Both the position numbers and the translations under genes were made by a program. DNA of 63,704 bases, the filler included, from Reticulomyxa filosa (Eukaryota > Protista > Foraminifera), in the NCBI GenBank assembly GCA_000512085.1. It is 27 parts of 27 records of this genome, joined end to end, with 100 filler letters (N's around TTAATTAATTAA, not from the genome) between each part and the next. Parts side by side here need not be neighbours in the genome. Positions count along the whole stretch, not along the records: positions 60,573 to 62,571 come from ASPP01020462.1; positions 62,672 to 63,704 come from ASPP01024650.1; 25 more parts are not named here. One strand, given 5' to 3'. The notes under the pieces were generated by a model. It was not told where the DNA came from and made no database searches. It was given only the letters and a program-made list of their open reading frames with translations. This document shows, piece after piece, positions 62,213 through 63,704 of this stretch; the first letter of the stretch is position 1, and each line of letters begins with the position of its first letter.

Positions 62213-62548
62213 ATGTTGTGTGTAGCCTTTGTATTGAAAGAATTGAAGGGATTAATGGAATGGAACAAAGCTATAGCTCTTTTTTTGGGAACATTGAATT
62301 GTATCTTTTGTATCCTTGACATAAGAAACATCAACGTATGGAGGAAGTATGTATTACACCCAGCACTGAAAAAGAGGTATCCCGAATTGGTGCTTCCATT
62401 AGGAATTTTTTTATTTTTATTTGTCGCTATTCACGTGAATTTCTCACTTATTTTTGCAGTGGCCTTTCCAAATGTTTTACCTTCTTGGGTATTTGCTATA
62501 ACTTACATGGTGTGTGTTTATCCGGCTGTCACTTTAGTGTTTCTGAGG
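62213..62548 (+). CDS. Multi-pass membrane protein exon, probable 7TM(-RGS) family
   Basis: TM helix, then HPALKKRYPELVL (compare RHHVSIHPRRPLLL at 41200-41240) and two more TM helices, ending at a GTTTGA donor. Confidence 0.5.
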
Positions 62549-63704
62549 TTTGACTTGCATTTTATGTTGCTNNNNNNNNNNNNNNNNNNNNNNNNNNNNN
62601 NNNNNNNNNNNNNNNTTAATTAATTAANNNNNNNNNNNNNNNNNNNNNNNNNNNNNNNNNNNNNNNNNNNNAATCGAACGGATAGAAGTATTTGTCACCA
62701 ATAGTATGCATGAATGTATATATCCAACTGTATTCATCTACGAAAGCGACGATGAAGACCTTTTCATTGCCAAAGTGTATATAATACAGTCTCAGCGTGA
62801 TGGAAGAAGTGCTATTTGAAGTAGAGAAAGAAACAAATTTCAAACATTGGTAAAGGCATATGGCGATCACTCTTTGTCCAATCACAGGACATAAGTGGAG
62901 AGTCAAGTGAGTGTAGTGAAGAAAAAGCATTGCTTGTATTATTTACTTTGAGAAACAGTTTTTATTCATTTCAGTTTTTTGCTTTGAGTTGCTCACGTGA
63001 AAAATTATCACTTTTTTTTTCGTTTTTAGGTTGAATTTTTTACGAAGTAAAAAAAAATAAAAATATAAAAATTTATTTCTAATTTCAATAATCAGTAATT
63101 TTTATAAAAATGTGATAATCTTTGATATTTCATGAATATTTAAAATTGTGGGTCATTTTTTTAATTTTTTGTTTATGTAAATAGAAAATTATTTTTTCAA
63201 TTTAGTAACTATTATTTAAGTCAGTTATTATATTATTGATTTGTTTTATCAAATGAAAATTATGTCAAACTATTAATCGAAACAACATGTTACAAGGATG
63301 AGCAAGGTTTCAACTATGCTGAAGGAGTCTGCATTAAATTAGCACACATAAGCAAGAGAATCCAATTGTCGTGTTTCTTTCTTACTTAATTTCCTTTGTA
63401 GTAAAACTCTTTTCTTTTGTTGAAGTAAATGTACTCATCTCTATATATAATCTTTTCAACTGTTGTTGATTCATTTCAAAAATTTTTTAAACTAATGTCA
63501 AAAGATCTTGCTTGATTTAGATTATTATCCGTTTTCTTGAGCAATTGTTAGTATTTGGATTCTGATGCATGTGACTTGAAAATGTACTTGCCTAGCCAAT
63601 AACATAGAAAAGCTATACTTTTTTTTTGTTTACTAGTTGACACCACAAGCAAAATTTCAAACAATCATTAAGTAATGTCACATGAAATGCAAATATTTGC
63701 ATTT

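Noticed and set aside
1632-62671. Regularly recurring TTAATTAATTAA palindrome flanked by N, superficially an array or PacI-like motif; ORFs ending in X..LIN
   Set aside because: Artificial joiner with fixed N lengths. ORFs crossing it and gene neighbourhoods across it are meaningless.
1-63704. tRNA, rRNA, snRNA or CRISPR arrays
   Set aside because: None recognisable by eye; a covariance-model scan was not possible.

Overview
This window is not one contiguous locus. It is about 27 short assembly contigs joined by an artificial 100-nt spacer (44 N + TTAATTAATTAA + 44 N, stops in all six frames), so nothing can be inferred across spacers. Most contigs are very AT-rich, intron-rich eukaryotic DNA with Asn/Lys/Glu low-complexity proteins, decayed WD40 copies, GPCR/7TM genes and decayed non-LTR retrotransposons. 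The gene families and sequence style resemble the foraminiferan Reticulomyxa filosa or a relative (inference, not a database hit). Recognisable genes are TXNDC9/PhLP3, mitochondrial MnSOD, WrbA-type quinone reductase, SCCPDH-like, Sec61 alpha, a JmjC protein, a cAMP-receptor/GCR1-like GPCR, a CAP-Gly protein, PNS1/CTL, a Dcd1/acid-ceramidase-like Ntn hydrolase, cyclin T/K, an ankyrin protein, a divergent HSP70 and a GTPase-coiled-coil protein. Two GC-rich contigs are bacterial (MCP + DUF3422; DUF927). Many genes carry single-base indels at homopolymers in both directions, best explained as sequencing error. The most interesting signals are three. (1) Intron architecture: many verifiable 3' splice sites follow poly(A) rather than a polypyrimidine tract. 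(2) A Sec61 intron contains an internal U21-AG|GU site that splits it into 76 + 73 nt, a candidate recursive (zero-length-exon) splice site. (3) A dispersed retroelement-like 3' region keeps a stem-loop with compensatory base changes between two copies.
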